Assembly (NCBI GenBank): GCA_964016885.1
Contig: OZ024740.1
Location: 404,674,001-404,738,000, forward strand
Direction: 5' to 3'
Length of the DNA stretch: 64,000 nucleotides
Source of the DNA: Eledone cirrhosa
Lineage: Eukaryota
The translations under genes were made by a program, and so were the position numbers. Numbering within the stretch: position 1 is the stretch's first letter; the number at the start of each line of letters is the position of its first letter. A model generated the notes under the pieces. The model saw only the letters and a program-made list of their open reading frames with translations, had not been told where the DNA came from and made no database searches. Positions 46,765-58,478 of this stretch are shown one piece after another.

Positions 46765-47284
46765 AAAATTAACTGAAACAAGACTGTATGAGAATTCATA
46801 GGAAAATGGAAAAAGTCGGCGTAAGGAAGCTGTTAAATAAGCAAAATGCTGTCAAAATGGCGTTGGGTAAAACATTACAGTGGTTCGAAGTGAGTTGACT
46901 TGAAGAATTGATAGGAAGGAACATAAAAAGGATAAAGAATAAAGATCCCATAACCCCTTGTGGAGACGTAGAGGCGCTGTCATACGGCGTGTCTAGAGCA
47001 CTTTTAAACCTGGCAGAGCCCAACCCTCTCCACTTTTTTCTATAGAGGAAGAATCGACCCCAGTATGGATTTGAAAAGCGCACCTAATCTAAACTATAAT
47101 AAAGAAAGGTCTACGGGATTGCGTACGGTTTATTTTTTTTTATCCTGTTCGTAAAATAAGTTGGATTACTTTGAATAAATAATGAATGTATATAACATAA
47201 TTTATCTACTAAATTTCGTGGCTGTTCATTAAATATATTTTGTTTATTTAAAGATTCACTTCTTTAAAATTTCTGAAATGTCAA

Positions 47285-47303
47285 CACTTCCGGTGGCGAT
47301 CGC
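47285..47303. promoter_or_regulatory. Candidate core promoter (ETS-type CACTTCCGGT in a locally CpG-containing unique stretch)
   Basis: Motif match only. Confidence 0.35.
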
Positions 47304-47848
47304 TTAAATAAACATACTAATTTTCCGTCACTAATTTTCTCCTAATGCAGTTTATATATAATATCATCTTTTTTAATGTATCATGGATTACGTTACTGAT
47401 TACATAAGACAGTGTAACGCAGTCTTCGTTCAATCTCTATGTATTATATATTGTCAATTACGATTTTATTTGATGTATCATATCTACATGTATATATACC
47501 TGCGTATAATATCAATATACACACTACACATGCTAGCAGAAAACCACCCGAAGGGTGGTTTTTCTGCTAGTATATATACAGGATCTTTATAACATGTACA
47601 AAAATTGATGTTAGCAAAGCCTGCTTTCTCTGTTTTGGAACATCAAAACATTTCTTATTAGGTTAAATTGCTCTTTCATTAAAACTCCTTGATGCTGAAT
47701 CTCGATCATATTGGTTTGGGTCACTTCTGTCTTTGCTAAAGTAAGGGATCATACAGTTTTTCACTATATATATATATATATATACATTATATATATATAT
47801 ACATACATTATATATATATATACATACATTATATATATATATACATAC

Positions 47849-47917
<69 letters not shown>

Positions 47918-47919
<2 letters not shown>

Positions 47920-48303
47920 GAAGGCGCATGGCTTAGTGGTTAGAGCAGGCTTGCAATCGAAAGGTTGTGAGTTCAATTCTCAGACCAGGTGATGTGTTGT
48001 TTCCTTGAGCAAGACACTTTATTTCACATTGCTCTAGTTTACTCAGCTGTAGAAATGAGATGATAGGACTGGAGTCCCTATCATTCCACTACAAAGTGGT
48101 TGTGGAAGTGCCACACCAAAAAAGCACCCAGCACACACTGTAAATGTGGTTGTTGTTAGGAAGGGCATCTAGCTGTAGAAATCAAGCCAGAATCAGTTCC
48201 CATATGAGCAAGACAAGGTCAGCCGACTGGACACTGCCCACAACAGGACAATCTGTCTAACCCATGCTAGCGTGGAAGAACGGACGTAAAACGGTGATGA
48301 TGA
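47918..48303 (+). mobile_element. tRNA-headed CORE-like SINE with RTE-derived 3' tail (related copies 10620-11008 minus, 14035-14370 plus, 16575-16817 minus)
   Basis: A-box tggcttagtggt, B-box gagttcaattc, tccttgagcaagacactt core, tail shared with the RTE 3' UTR. Confidence 0.75.
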
Positions 48304-50122
48304 TATATATGATGGCTGCAATGCAATTTCAAGTAATGCCATCGCTTGATACTTAAGCATGAGCATCACTTGCGCGGCTTTTTATTCCTGCTAGGGACTT
48401 GCCTATGGCCAGCAATACCATGCATCGCAAAAAATGTCACACATCAAGCGATGCCTGTGCTTGAAGCTTTTTTAAGTGAGGAAAGGCTTTGCACAGGGCT
48501 AATCTCTGAACATTGAATGCATTGCCCAAAAAGAACAGGTCTATATCATTGGATGCAAACGAAGTTGCAGATTTTATATCAGAGTGACCTTCTTCTAGAG
48601 AGATGTCTTAATGAAGACTAGGAATCTCTCACTTTACAAAATAAAAAAAAAAACTCTTTATTGGATGGCCGTTGACTCTCCAGAGTCCCTCCACCTTGTA
48701 TGTCAGATTGCTCTTCAGCGCTACTGGTAACATGTAACCCAGTACAACCTGTGCATAGTCAGATCATTGGCGACTAAACCAGCAACCTCATCAAGCTTGC
48801 TTGGTGAGAAGGGTGAATTTGGGCACCCTGAAGGATGAAAAACAAAACGCATCAATGGGTGGATATATATATATACACACACATACACATGGTTGTTTAT
48901 TGGTTATGTTAAACACATATTTTCATCATCATCATCGTTTAACGTCTATCTTCCACGCTAGCATGGCTTAGACGTATATTATATATACATACAATACCTT
49001 CTACATTATACAAAATAGATGGTACACATTTCTTTTTAAAAATGCGTATTGATTATCTGTTTTAGCACAAAAATACATCAACACTTCTCAAACCCATCAC
49101 CAGATGTTGGTGCTGAGGGGGAGCGGTCAGAACATTCTGGATGGACTCTCTAATTCCCAATAATTCTAAGGTGGAGTTTTAGAATAACTATATATCATTG
49201 AAAATGTTTTTACATCTGAGGGCGCACCATTGAAAAGTAGAGGCACTGCCGTTCAATGCCCCTTTTCCCTATGGAATGGTGTCGACATTTCTTATAAAAA
49301 CAGACACACACACTTTATTTAAGTATATATCCTTACCATGCGTATATATGAATATGTGCGTGAGTGAATGTGTGTGTAGCTGAGTATAAGTGCGCCCTTG
49401 ATCATTAAGGATCTTTGGACAGGGCCACTGCTACCATTAGATCAACTAAGCAGCTATCTAGATCTCAGAGCTGACCTGTTTTTGACAGTCGAAGTTGGTA
49501 ATCGTGTGAGAGAGAGAGAGAGAGAGAAATACAGGTAGTTGTCTGCACCTAGGGTACAAAACAATGTCACTGACCCTGTATGTAGAAGATAATATTTAAA
49601 AAAAAAACGTAATAGTATTGATATACAGGTATAAGATGAAAGCTAACTAACAGAAATAGTTAAGTTGTATTTGTTTGGAGAAAGGCTTAATATGGAGATG
49701 CATTCACCTCGCAGAAGAACGGCAGGAATTTGATACGAAAACTGAATAGATTTTATATGTTCTTAAATAGCTACAATGACACTTCCCCAATGTAATAGCT
49801 AATGACCCAGAAACATGTTGATTGTTCCTCAAAGCCAGTGTTGAACAAACAGGTGACAATTGGTCACCGGCACGGCACAGTTTCAAATCTGGCTGTTTGT
49901 TTACAAACGAATCGAACATTATTGACGCATAGAATTACGGCCCTTTCCATTCTGAGTTCAAATCCCGCCGAGGTCAACTTTGCCTTTCATCCTTACGGGG
50001 TCGATAAAATAAAGTACCAGTAATGTACTAGTAAATTGCTGGCCTTGTGCCAAAAGTAGAAACAATTATTAATATTCGATATAATCCATACGTACATATG
50101 TATATATATATATATGTATATA

Positions 50123-50308
<186 letters not shown>

Positions 50309-50802
50309 TGTATATATATATATGTGTGTGTGTGTACGTGTGATAGTTACATTTATGTATCAGCTGTGCTAGGGCGAGAAATAAAAATTATAATTTTATT
50401 TTTAATATATTATCCATTTTTTTTCTATTTTTTTTTTACAAAATAATCTAAAGTAGTGTTTCATACAAATTAAAGTGTTTTATATAACAGTGTTTAATGA
50501 TACAGTCTGAGAGTTAATAATTGAAATAGATAAGCTTAAGAAAAAATTGAAGTAATTTGAAATATATATTACAATAAAATGTTAACAATATATATATGTG
50601 TGTGTGTATAACCATCGGGGGTAACCACAGTAAGTAAGGTACTCAATACATAGCAGAGTATAAATATTTAATATAGAAATGGCTTCTACAGGACTAGAAC
50701 TGTTTCATTCGAAGGAAATCATATACTGTAGTGTAAGTTTGGTAGAAATATCCAAGGCTAAGAGCACTCAGTCCATAGGACGAGTTTAGTATAAATAATT
50801 AC

Positions 50803-50932
50803 AACAGGTACTTGAGTTTCGTTGGGTTCTTGACCCCAACTCATTCAGCCTGTCATAAGAAAAGTTTTTATTTTTCTTATGACAGGCTGAATGAGTTGGG
50901 GTCCTGAACCCAACAAAACTTAAGTACCTGTT
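50803..50932. repeat. Fold-back with about 61-bp arms
   Basis: aacaggtactt...cataagaaaa / ttttcttatg...aagtacctgtt. Confidence 0.9.
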
Positions 50933-50957
50933 TATGTCACTTGTAATTATATATATA

Positions 50958-51272
50958 TATATAATTGACTTTTTGATATATATATATATATATATAAAGG
51001 AATTTATTTGCTTTAAATATGTACATAAATAACATTACAAATTGCTCAATCCTTTCAGAATGAAAATATAAACACATAACAAATACAATTTACTATTGCT
51101 AGGAACCTCGCAAGTTGTATTTGCGAGGTTCCTAGCAATAGTTAATTGTATTTGTTATGTGTTTATATTTTCATTCTGAAAGGATTGAGCAATTTGTAAT
51201 GTTATTTATGTACATATTTAAAACAAATAAATTCCTTTATATATATATATATATCAAAAAGTCAATTATATA
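50958..51272. repeat. Fold-back with about 155-bp arms and 7-nt loop
   Basis: Loop gttgtat at 51114-51120; arms differ by two substitutions and TA-run length. Confidence 0.93.
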
Positions 51273-51390
51273 GATAGATTATTTTTAGTATTTCTGTTTG
51301 CTTGTTTTTGTACAACAAATGATATTGCTGAAACCTTTCATTGATAGAGATCCTGTAGTATACTTATTGTTAAATGAAGTAAACGCTACG

Positions 51391-51404
51391 GTTGCCATGG
51401 ATAC
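51391..51404. promoter_or_regulatory. RFX X-box
   Basis: GTTGCCATGGATAC fits the palindromic X-box in non-repetitive DNA upstream of a ciliary gene. Confidence 0.6.
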
Positions 51405-52585
51405 CAAGTACATAGAGAACTGAGTGTTATTCATTGAGATTGAACATTTGCTAAAATAAAAATTTGCATTTTTGTGAATTATAGAAAACCAGAGTTTTTG
51501 TAAAAAACAAACAAACAAACAAACAAATCTTAAGTGTAATAAATGATAATACCAACCATTGGGTATTTAAGATTTGTTTTAGCATGCTTGGTATTAGGCA
51601 TTCTCGTTAAATATAAATTAAAAGCTTGCTGGACGAGAGTTGACTGAGAACTAAATTAAGATTATACAGAAGAAAGAAAAGTGTAAAGGGAAGCAACCTA
51701 TGTGTCTTACCTATTTCTAAAACAACAGGTGTAGTGAGAACCTCCATGTGGACTCTCTACCTACTAGAAATAGCAGCCAAATCTGACTAGAATGAAATGA
51801 TGCATAAGATAATTTGGTCCTAAATACACTATATCAAGGGTCAATTAATCATTAAACAAAATATATACATGTTTAGGGCATCAATGAATAAGGGGTACCA
51901 TTTTATTCAAATTAATTGTATTTGTCATCATCCCAACTTCTATTTTTTTTTTGCCGACTTTATATTTGGGGGTCTCCATAATCTTTTAAGTGCTTACGAC
52001 TTCAAAAAGACTTAATTCGGCCCTGATTATAAGTGAAAAAAATTTGTGATGGTAATGTTTGAAAGGTCGTGATTGTAAATCTGCTTGACCAGGGTTTACA
52101 TGGGGCTAAAGAACAGAAATAACGGCTGTACCATTGGTTACACGATGCGTGTAAAATATATCTCTTGTTATGCTGTTTGCCCAAGATAGGTAGTATCCAA
52201 CGTTCTTGTCCCTTTAATTTAAAAAAGGTAATGAGTGATGGAAAAATTCCATGCTGTTGTTGTTTTGGCAGTATCGGTAGAGAGTCGGACGCTATGCTGT
52301 CCAGCATAGTTACGTCCCTTTACGGTCTGAGTTCAAATCATGCCGAAGTTAACTTTGCCTTTCATCCTTATGGGGTCGATAAAATAAAGTACCAGTAATG
52401 TACTGAGTAATTGCTGGCCTTGTGCCAAAAGTAGAAACAATTATTGTTTAACTCTAGGTGAACTCTAAACAAACAGATCAAAGTAACAGATGCTATAATT
52501 TTTTCCAAAGTATGACTTCTGCTGAACATATAGTTTAGTAGAGGCTAACAAACTTGACATGGGGAGACAAAAATAATATTTAATT

Positions 52586-53460
52586 AATAGACTCGCAACT
52601 GAAGCTGGCTGTGGACAAGTGTACCACCATGCATTTTGGGAGGAAAAATCCAGCGTCCACATACTCCCTCCACAACACTGATATCAAGAAGTCCTCTTGT
52701 GAACGTGACCTGGGCATTACTGTCAGCAGCGATTTGCGTTGGACAAAGCATGTCTCTAAGATTGTCAAGAAGGCCAAGGGTGTCTTGGCATCACTCAGCA
52801 AGACCTTTGTTAGCCACTCTCCAGCCATCTATTTAAAACTGTATACAGCTATGGTACGACCACACTTGGAATTCGCATCATCAGTCTGGAACCCCTATCT
52901 TGCTCAGAACATTGACCTCCTGGAAACTGTTCAGAGACGGGAAACCAAGCGCATACCCTCCATCAGACACCTACCATACTCTGAACGCCTTGCTTCTCTG
53001 GGCATGGATTCATTGAAGCTCCGACGTCTGGCAATGGACTTGGTAAATACCCACAAAGTTATTAACCATCTCGCAAATTGCAACCTGAGCACCTTTTTGA
53101 TCTCCATGTGTCTAACACACGTGGACATGCCTACAAAATCAGAAAACAGCACAGCTCCCATGACTTTTGTAGACAGTTTTTCACGCTCAGAGTTGCTGAA
53201 GCATGGAACAAACTGGCTGCGTCAGTTGTTAGCTGCCGAGACACTGCATCCTTTAAGACACTCATGCTTCCCGAAATACGCCAAAACTACACCTGATGTA
53301 CCCCTTCCATACACATGCACACATGTGTGTATCATGACTCGTGCACTGTTCATTTTCCTGATGTTTGTGCATTGCCCTATGTACTGTACATGCACTTTTT
53401 GATGAGTTGTGGTGCACCTGGGCACTGTACACAATATTTCATTATTATTATTATTATTAT
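52586..53460 (+). mobile_element. CR1-type LINE 3' fragment
   Basis: KC..MHFG, ERDLGITVS.DL.W..H, LY..MVRPHLEFAS.VWNPY, FF.LRV...WN.L; (ATT)n tail. Confidence 0.9.
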
Positions 53461-55086
53461 TCGTCGACTTGGAGAAGGCCTTCGACAGAGTCCCCCGTTC
53501 CATTATCTGGTGGGCTCTTAGAAAACTAGGTGTTGATGAATGGCTTGTGAGAGCTATACAAGCCATGTATAAAGAAACAGTCAGCAAGGTTAGAATTAAC
53601 AACGAATATAGTGAAGAGTTTAGTGTAAAAGTTGGTGTTCATCAGGGCTCTGTTCTTAGCCCCCTACTATTTATTATTGCCCTCCAGGCTATAACAGTGG
53701 AGTTCAAGACCGGCTTCCCATGGGAACTCCTATACGCAGATGATCTAACGCTCATAGCTGAATCAATGGCCGAGCTAGAGAAGAAATTCCAAACATGGAA
53801 GCACGGCCTAGAATCAAAAGGCCTTAAAATTAACCTGGCTAAGACTAAAGTTCTAGTTTGTAAGAAAGAAAATAAGGCGGCGGTCCCCTCCGGGAAGTGG
53901 CCATGCGCAGAGTGTAGGAAAGGCGTAGGTAGAAATTCCATTTTGTGTCCCAAATGCAAAGTTTGGGTGCATAAAAGATGTAGTGGGATCACAGGTAAGC
54001 TAACTAAGAACATAGATTTTACATGTGGCCGGTGTTCTGGGGCAATAAGTAGCAGCAAGTGCCCACAAAATACTAGCTCTTTCAATTGCGCAGAGGGTTC
54101 TATAGAAATAGTGGACAGCTTCCGTTACCTGGGTGACAAAATCAGCAGTGGGGAGGGTGCTCTGAAAGTACAGTAGCTAGAGTCAGAACTGGGTGGAAAA
54201 AGTTCAGAGAGCTTATACCACTATTAGCCGCTAAAGGGTTCTCCCTAAAAATGAAAGGCAGGCTGTACGATGCCTGCATACGAACAGCAATGTTGCATGG
54301 CAGTGAGACCTGGGCATTGTGTGCAGAGGATATATGCAGACTAGAGAGAAATGAAGCTTGCATGCTCCGCTGGATGTGTAATAGTAATATACGTGAACGA
54401 CAAAGCATAAACGAACTAAGGAAAAAATTAGAAATAAGAGGGATCAGATGTTGTTTACTAGAGAGAAGGCTACGTTGGTATGGTCACATGATGCGCATGA
54501 AGGACGATAGCTGTATAACAAAGTGCAGGGCAATAAAGATAGACGGTAGCCACGGAATAGGCAGACCCAGAAAAACCTGGGACGAGCTGATAAAAACTCC
54601 GATCTCACACACTTACACCTCACCAAGACAATGTCACTGGACCGAGACCTTTGGCGGTACTCAGTAATAGAGAAAACCCGCCTTACCTAAATACAAAGTA
54701 AAACCTACTACAGTCAGTAGGCATCTCTAACAAATTACACCCCCGTCCCACCACCCCCACCCCATCCACACCGCCCCCTTCTATGTAAAGTTATGTTGGT
54801 GCCACACCATCCAGGCCGAAACAAATGAGATCGTGTAGGTGTCATGACAAAAAAACACACAGTCCACGCTGTAAATGTGGCCGTGTAGGCAACACGGTAA
54901 AAACCTCCCAGACCCACACTGTAAATGTGGTTGGTGTTAGGAAGGGCATCCAACTGTAGAAAACCCGCCAGACAGTCCTATGCGAGCAAGACAATCACTC
55001 TTGCCTCAAGTGGGAAAACCCCCGTCCAAACCCATGCAAGCGTGGAACACGGACGTTAAACGTTGATGATGATGATGATGATGATA
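53459..55086 (+). mobile_element. 5'-truncated RTE LINE, near-identical to the 37981-39612 copy
   Basis: FVDLEKAFD through LYADD, frameshifts near 54155 and 54595, same 3' UTR and (GAT)n tail. Confidence 0.93.
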
Positions 55087-57290
55087 TCATGACTCATACA
55101 CTGTTCATTTTCCTGACATTTGTACATTATTCTATGTACTATACATGCACCTTTGATGAGTTGTAGTGCACCTGAGCACTGTACACAATAATTTCATTAT
55201 TATTATTATTATAACTTAAGGGTTGGCATCAAGAAGAGCATCTAACCATAGAAAAACTGCCTCAGAGGATCTCAGCCAACCCGTGCTGGTATGGAAAAGC
55301 AAATGTAAAAACAATAATGACAACGATGATAATGATGATGATGTGATGATATAAGTAACTCTTAAGTATCATACTAAATTTATTCTTTTTTAATAACTAC
55401 AAGTTCTCTACTTCCACAGCCCTTGTTTTGCTATATTTTCACACTGTTTGACATGCCTGACATAATACACATTTTCTTGTGGGAAAGAATTGCTTTGTCA
55501 CAAACAGAAGTAGTGGTTCTCCAAACTTCATTAACCCTATTGCACTGAAAACTTCATGGCAATTTTTCCCTAATGACAAATCACCACCAGTTTGATTGCT
55601 CATGCTTTTTACTTGTTTATGTACATGTGACTATAATAAAACTCCTTTTATAGAGTTTACCAAAAATAGCCTAACTCAGCAGAAATATAACATCAGTGGT
55701 CTCATGCCATTCACAAACGTGCACATATGCACATGCACACACGCGCATACACACATGTACACATATACACACATGCACACATACACATACATGCACACAT
55801 ACACACGCCTTACAGAATGACACTCAGACCACAAGAAAGCTTCTTTTTTTTTTGTAGTTACTTGACCGGTTTTAATGTAGCCACTAATACTCTTTCAATA
55901 GACTTTCTACCAACATTTAAGTTGAGATCACATGTTTTAAGCCCTAAAAGAACAACGTGCTAACAATAAAAACTGGATGACCCTGGCTAGAAAGCATATC
56001 AAACATTTTATTCAACTTCCATAACATGGGTCACCTTAACATTTTCATTACTATATTTCTAATGAAAGACACTGCCTATAATTTCAATTTTCAAATAGGC
56101 TTAAAACACAGTCGATATAACAAAGAAGGAAAACAGCATACAAATAAAAATCCCATTTTATTTACACTACGTAGGATTTAACATAAATTTACTACATCTA
56201 TGTAGTAAACATGATACTTCCAATATTAATTACAAAGGAAATAACTTGATATTGTGTGTGCATTTTGGGGGCTGGTGGGGATCTTAGTGTTAATGAATGC
56301 TAAGCAAATACTTTTGTGAAAGGATAATTTTTGTTTCCAAAGAAAATGCAATACTTTGTGACTTGAAGAGAAATTATAGTTAAAAGCCTAGTTAAGAAAT
56401 AACCAGCAAAACATATGAATCCAACTGATATAGATTCAAGAAGGATTTTGATGATCCTTCTACTAGTTTAACGTTTTCGTCTAGTTTTGTAATCTGCTGT
56501 CACATGACTGAAAACTTCTCTGATATTTGTACATTATTCTATGTACTATACATGCACCTTTGATGAATTGTAGTGCACCTGAGCACTGTACACAATAATT
56601 TCATTATCATTATTATTATTAATATTCTTATTTAATTCAAGAGTTGGACCCAAATGTGACAATATCCAAAAAAATGGCCATAACTCAAACCAATATACAT
56701 TCATCCATACATCCAGAGAAAGAGTGTGTTGATGGATGAGACAATTTCATTTCCTTAGTTTGTCCTAAGGTGGAGTAAGTCCATTTTCCAACTTCATCAC
56801 ATAATCACATATTAAATATATATTCATCATATAGTCACTTGTTAAATTTGTACTTAGAATTCATGTTCTTTCATAAATAAAATGTCTCAGTTATTCACCT
56901 AAACTAGACATTTTACAATTGTTATTAAATTTAAATTCTGACAGTGTTTCATTAAAACAAGGAACAATATAGGTCAAGGATTGAGATTCTTGACTACAGG
57001 GTAATGTATGTCATATTTTGAGGCTATTTATTTAGAATTACTAATGTAATTTTTAGATTACTTTTACAAGAACAGAACAAAGTGTAAGCAAACAATCTAG
57101 ATCTATGTAAATATGCATTTTTTTTACTTTCAAAATATTATACGAACAAGTATTTTTAACCCAAATGATATGTATATAATTATGCAAGCTTCAGTTGTCT
57201 AGCAACTTTTTTTGCAGATCCAAACACCCAGTCTATTTTAATACAAGTCAATTTTATAATAAAATTTATTTCCTTTTTTTTTTTGTTTAA

Positions 57291-57511
57291 CTCTTTAGCA
57301 TTGAAACTGGCTGTATCAGGCCAGAATTATCTCACCTTTTTCTGTTCAAACTGGCTGTAACTTGCCACTCATGCTGATGTTAAGGTATTGTTTTCAAAAT
57401 AAATAATATCAAAATCTCATAGATTCGTTATTATGTGAGATAATTATGTAAGATTAAGCCTTTACTGTGAAAATATAATTGTAAATATAGAGTAATGTAA
57501 ATGCTAAAGGG
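57291..57511. mobile_element. piggyBac-type MITE
   Basis: TTAA TSD, TIRs. Confidence 0.8.
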
Positions 57512-57813
57512 TTAAGTTCAAATGTGAGGACTGAGGAAAATTAACAACAATAGGTTAAAAGTGTTTCTTTTTTAACAAAGCATAAAACTAATTTTCTCAA
57601 AGTAGAGTATATAATCAATTATAAGAAATATTAAGAATTTAGCTATCAAACAACATATTCTAAAATTTTATTCTTTAACTAGTTTCAGTCATTTGACTGC
57701 ATCTATACTGGAGCACCATCTTGAAGGTATATTGACCCCAGTACACACTTTTTTGGTACTTATTTTATCAATCTCTTTTAAGGCACATAAAGTAAATGCA
57801 AACATGGACACGC

Positions 57814-57889
<76 letters not shown>

Positions 57890-58256
57890 GTACACACATG
57901 TATATACATCATCATCACCACCATTTTACATTCATTTTCCCTGCTGGCATGAGGAACACAAGTTGTCATGTTCTGAAACTAGACAGGATAGATGACTACA
58001 CCTTACACACATTCTATTTTGGTATGGTTTCTATAGCCAGATGTACTTCCCAACCACTATGTGGGTTTATCATAGAGATTACCAGCATGAGGGAGGTTGT
58101 CATATGTTTGCCACAACTAAAGTGTCCTGTGACCTTTTGTTTGGCAAATTTTCTATGGTTGAAAACCCTTTCAATTCCCTTTCTGTCACAAAACACTTTA
58201 TAGGGTGTATTGGTTATGTTTACTGTATAGATCACCAATACTATGTATATATATAT

Positions 58257-58375
58257 ATATTTATTAAAATAACAGATTAAAGTTTAAGCAAAGAATCGCT
58301 GATTTCACCCTTAATGGGATCTTCTGAGAGCAGCGATTCTTTGCTTAAACTTTAATCTGTTATTTTAATAAATAT
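58257..58375. repeat. Fold-back with perfect 45-bp arms and 29-nt loop
   Basis: 58257-58301 is the reverse complement of 58331-58375. Confidence 0.92.
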
Positions 58376-58478
58376 TTGCTCTAGGGTTCTTATATATTTG
58401 ATATATATTTATCCTTATCGAGCCCTCTTTGGATTTTAGTCTTCACATTTATTATTATCACTATATATATATATATAT

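Noticed and set aside
46806-46895. Plus-strand ATG...|GTGAGT as the first exon of a divergent gene
   Set aside because: I found no convincing downstream plus-strand exons.
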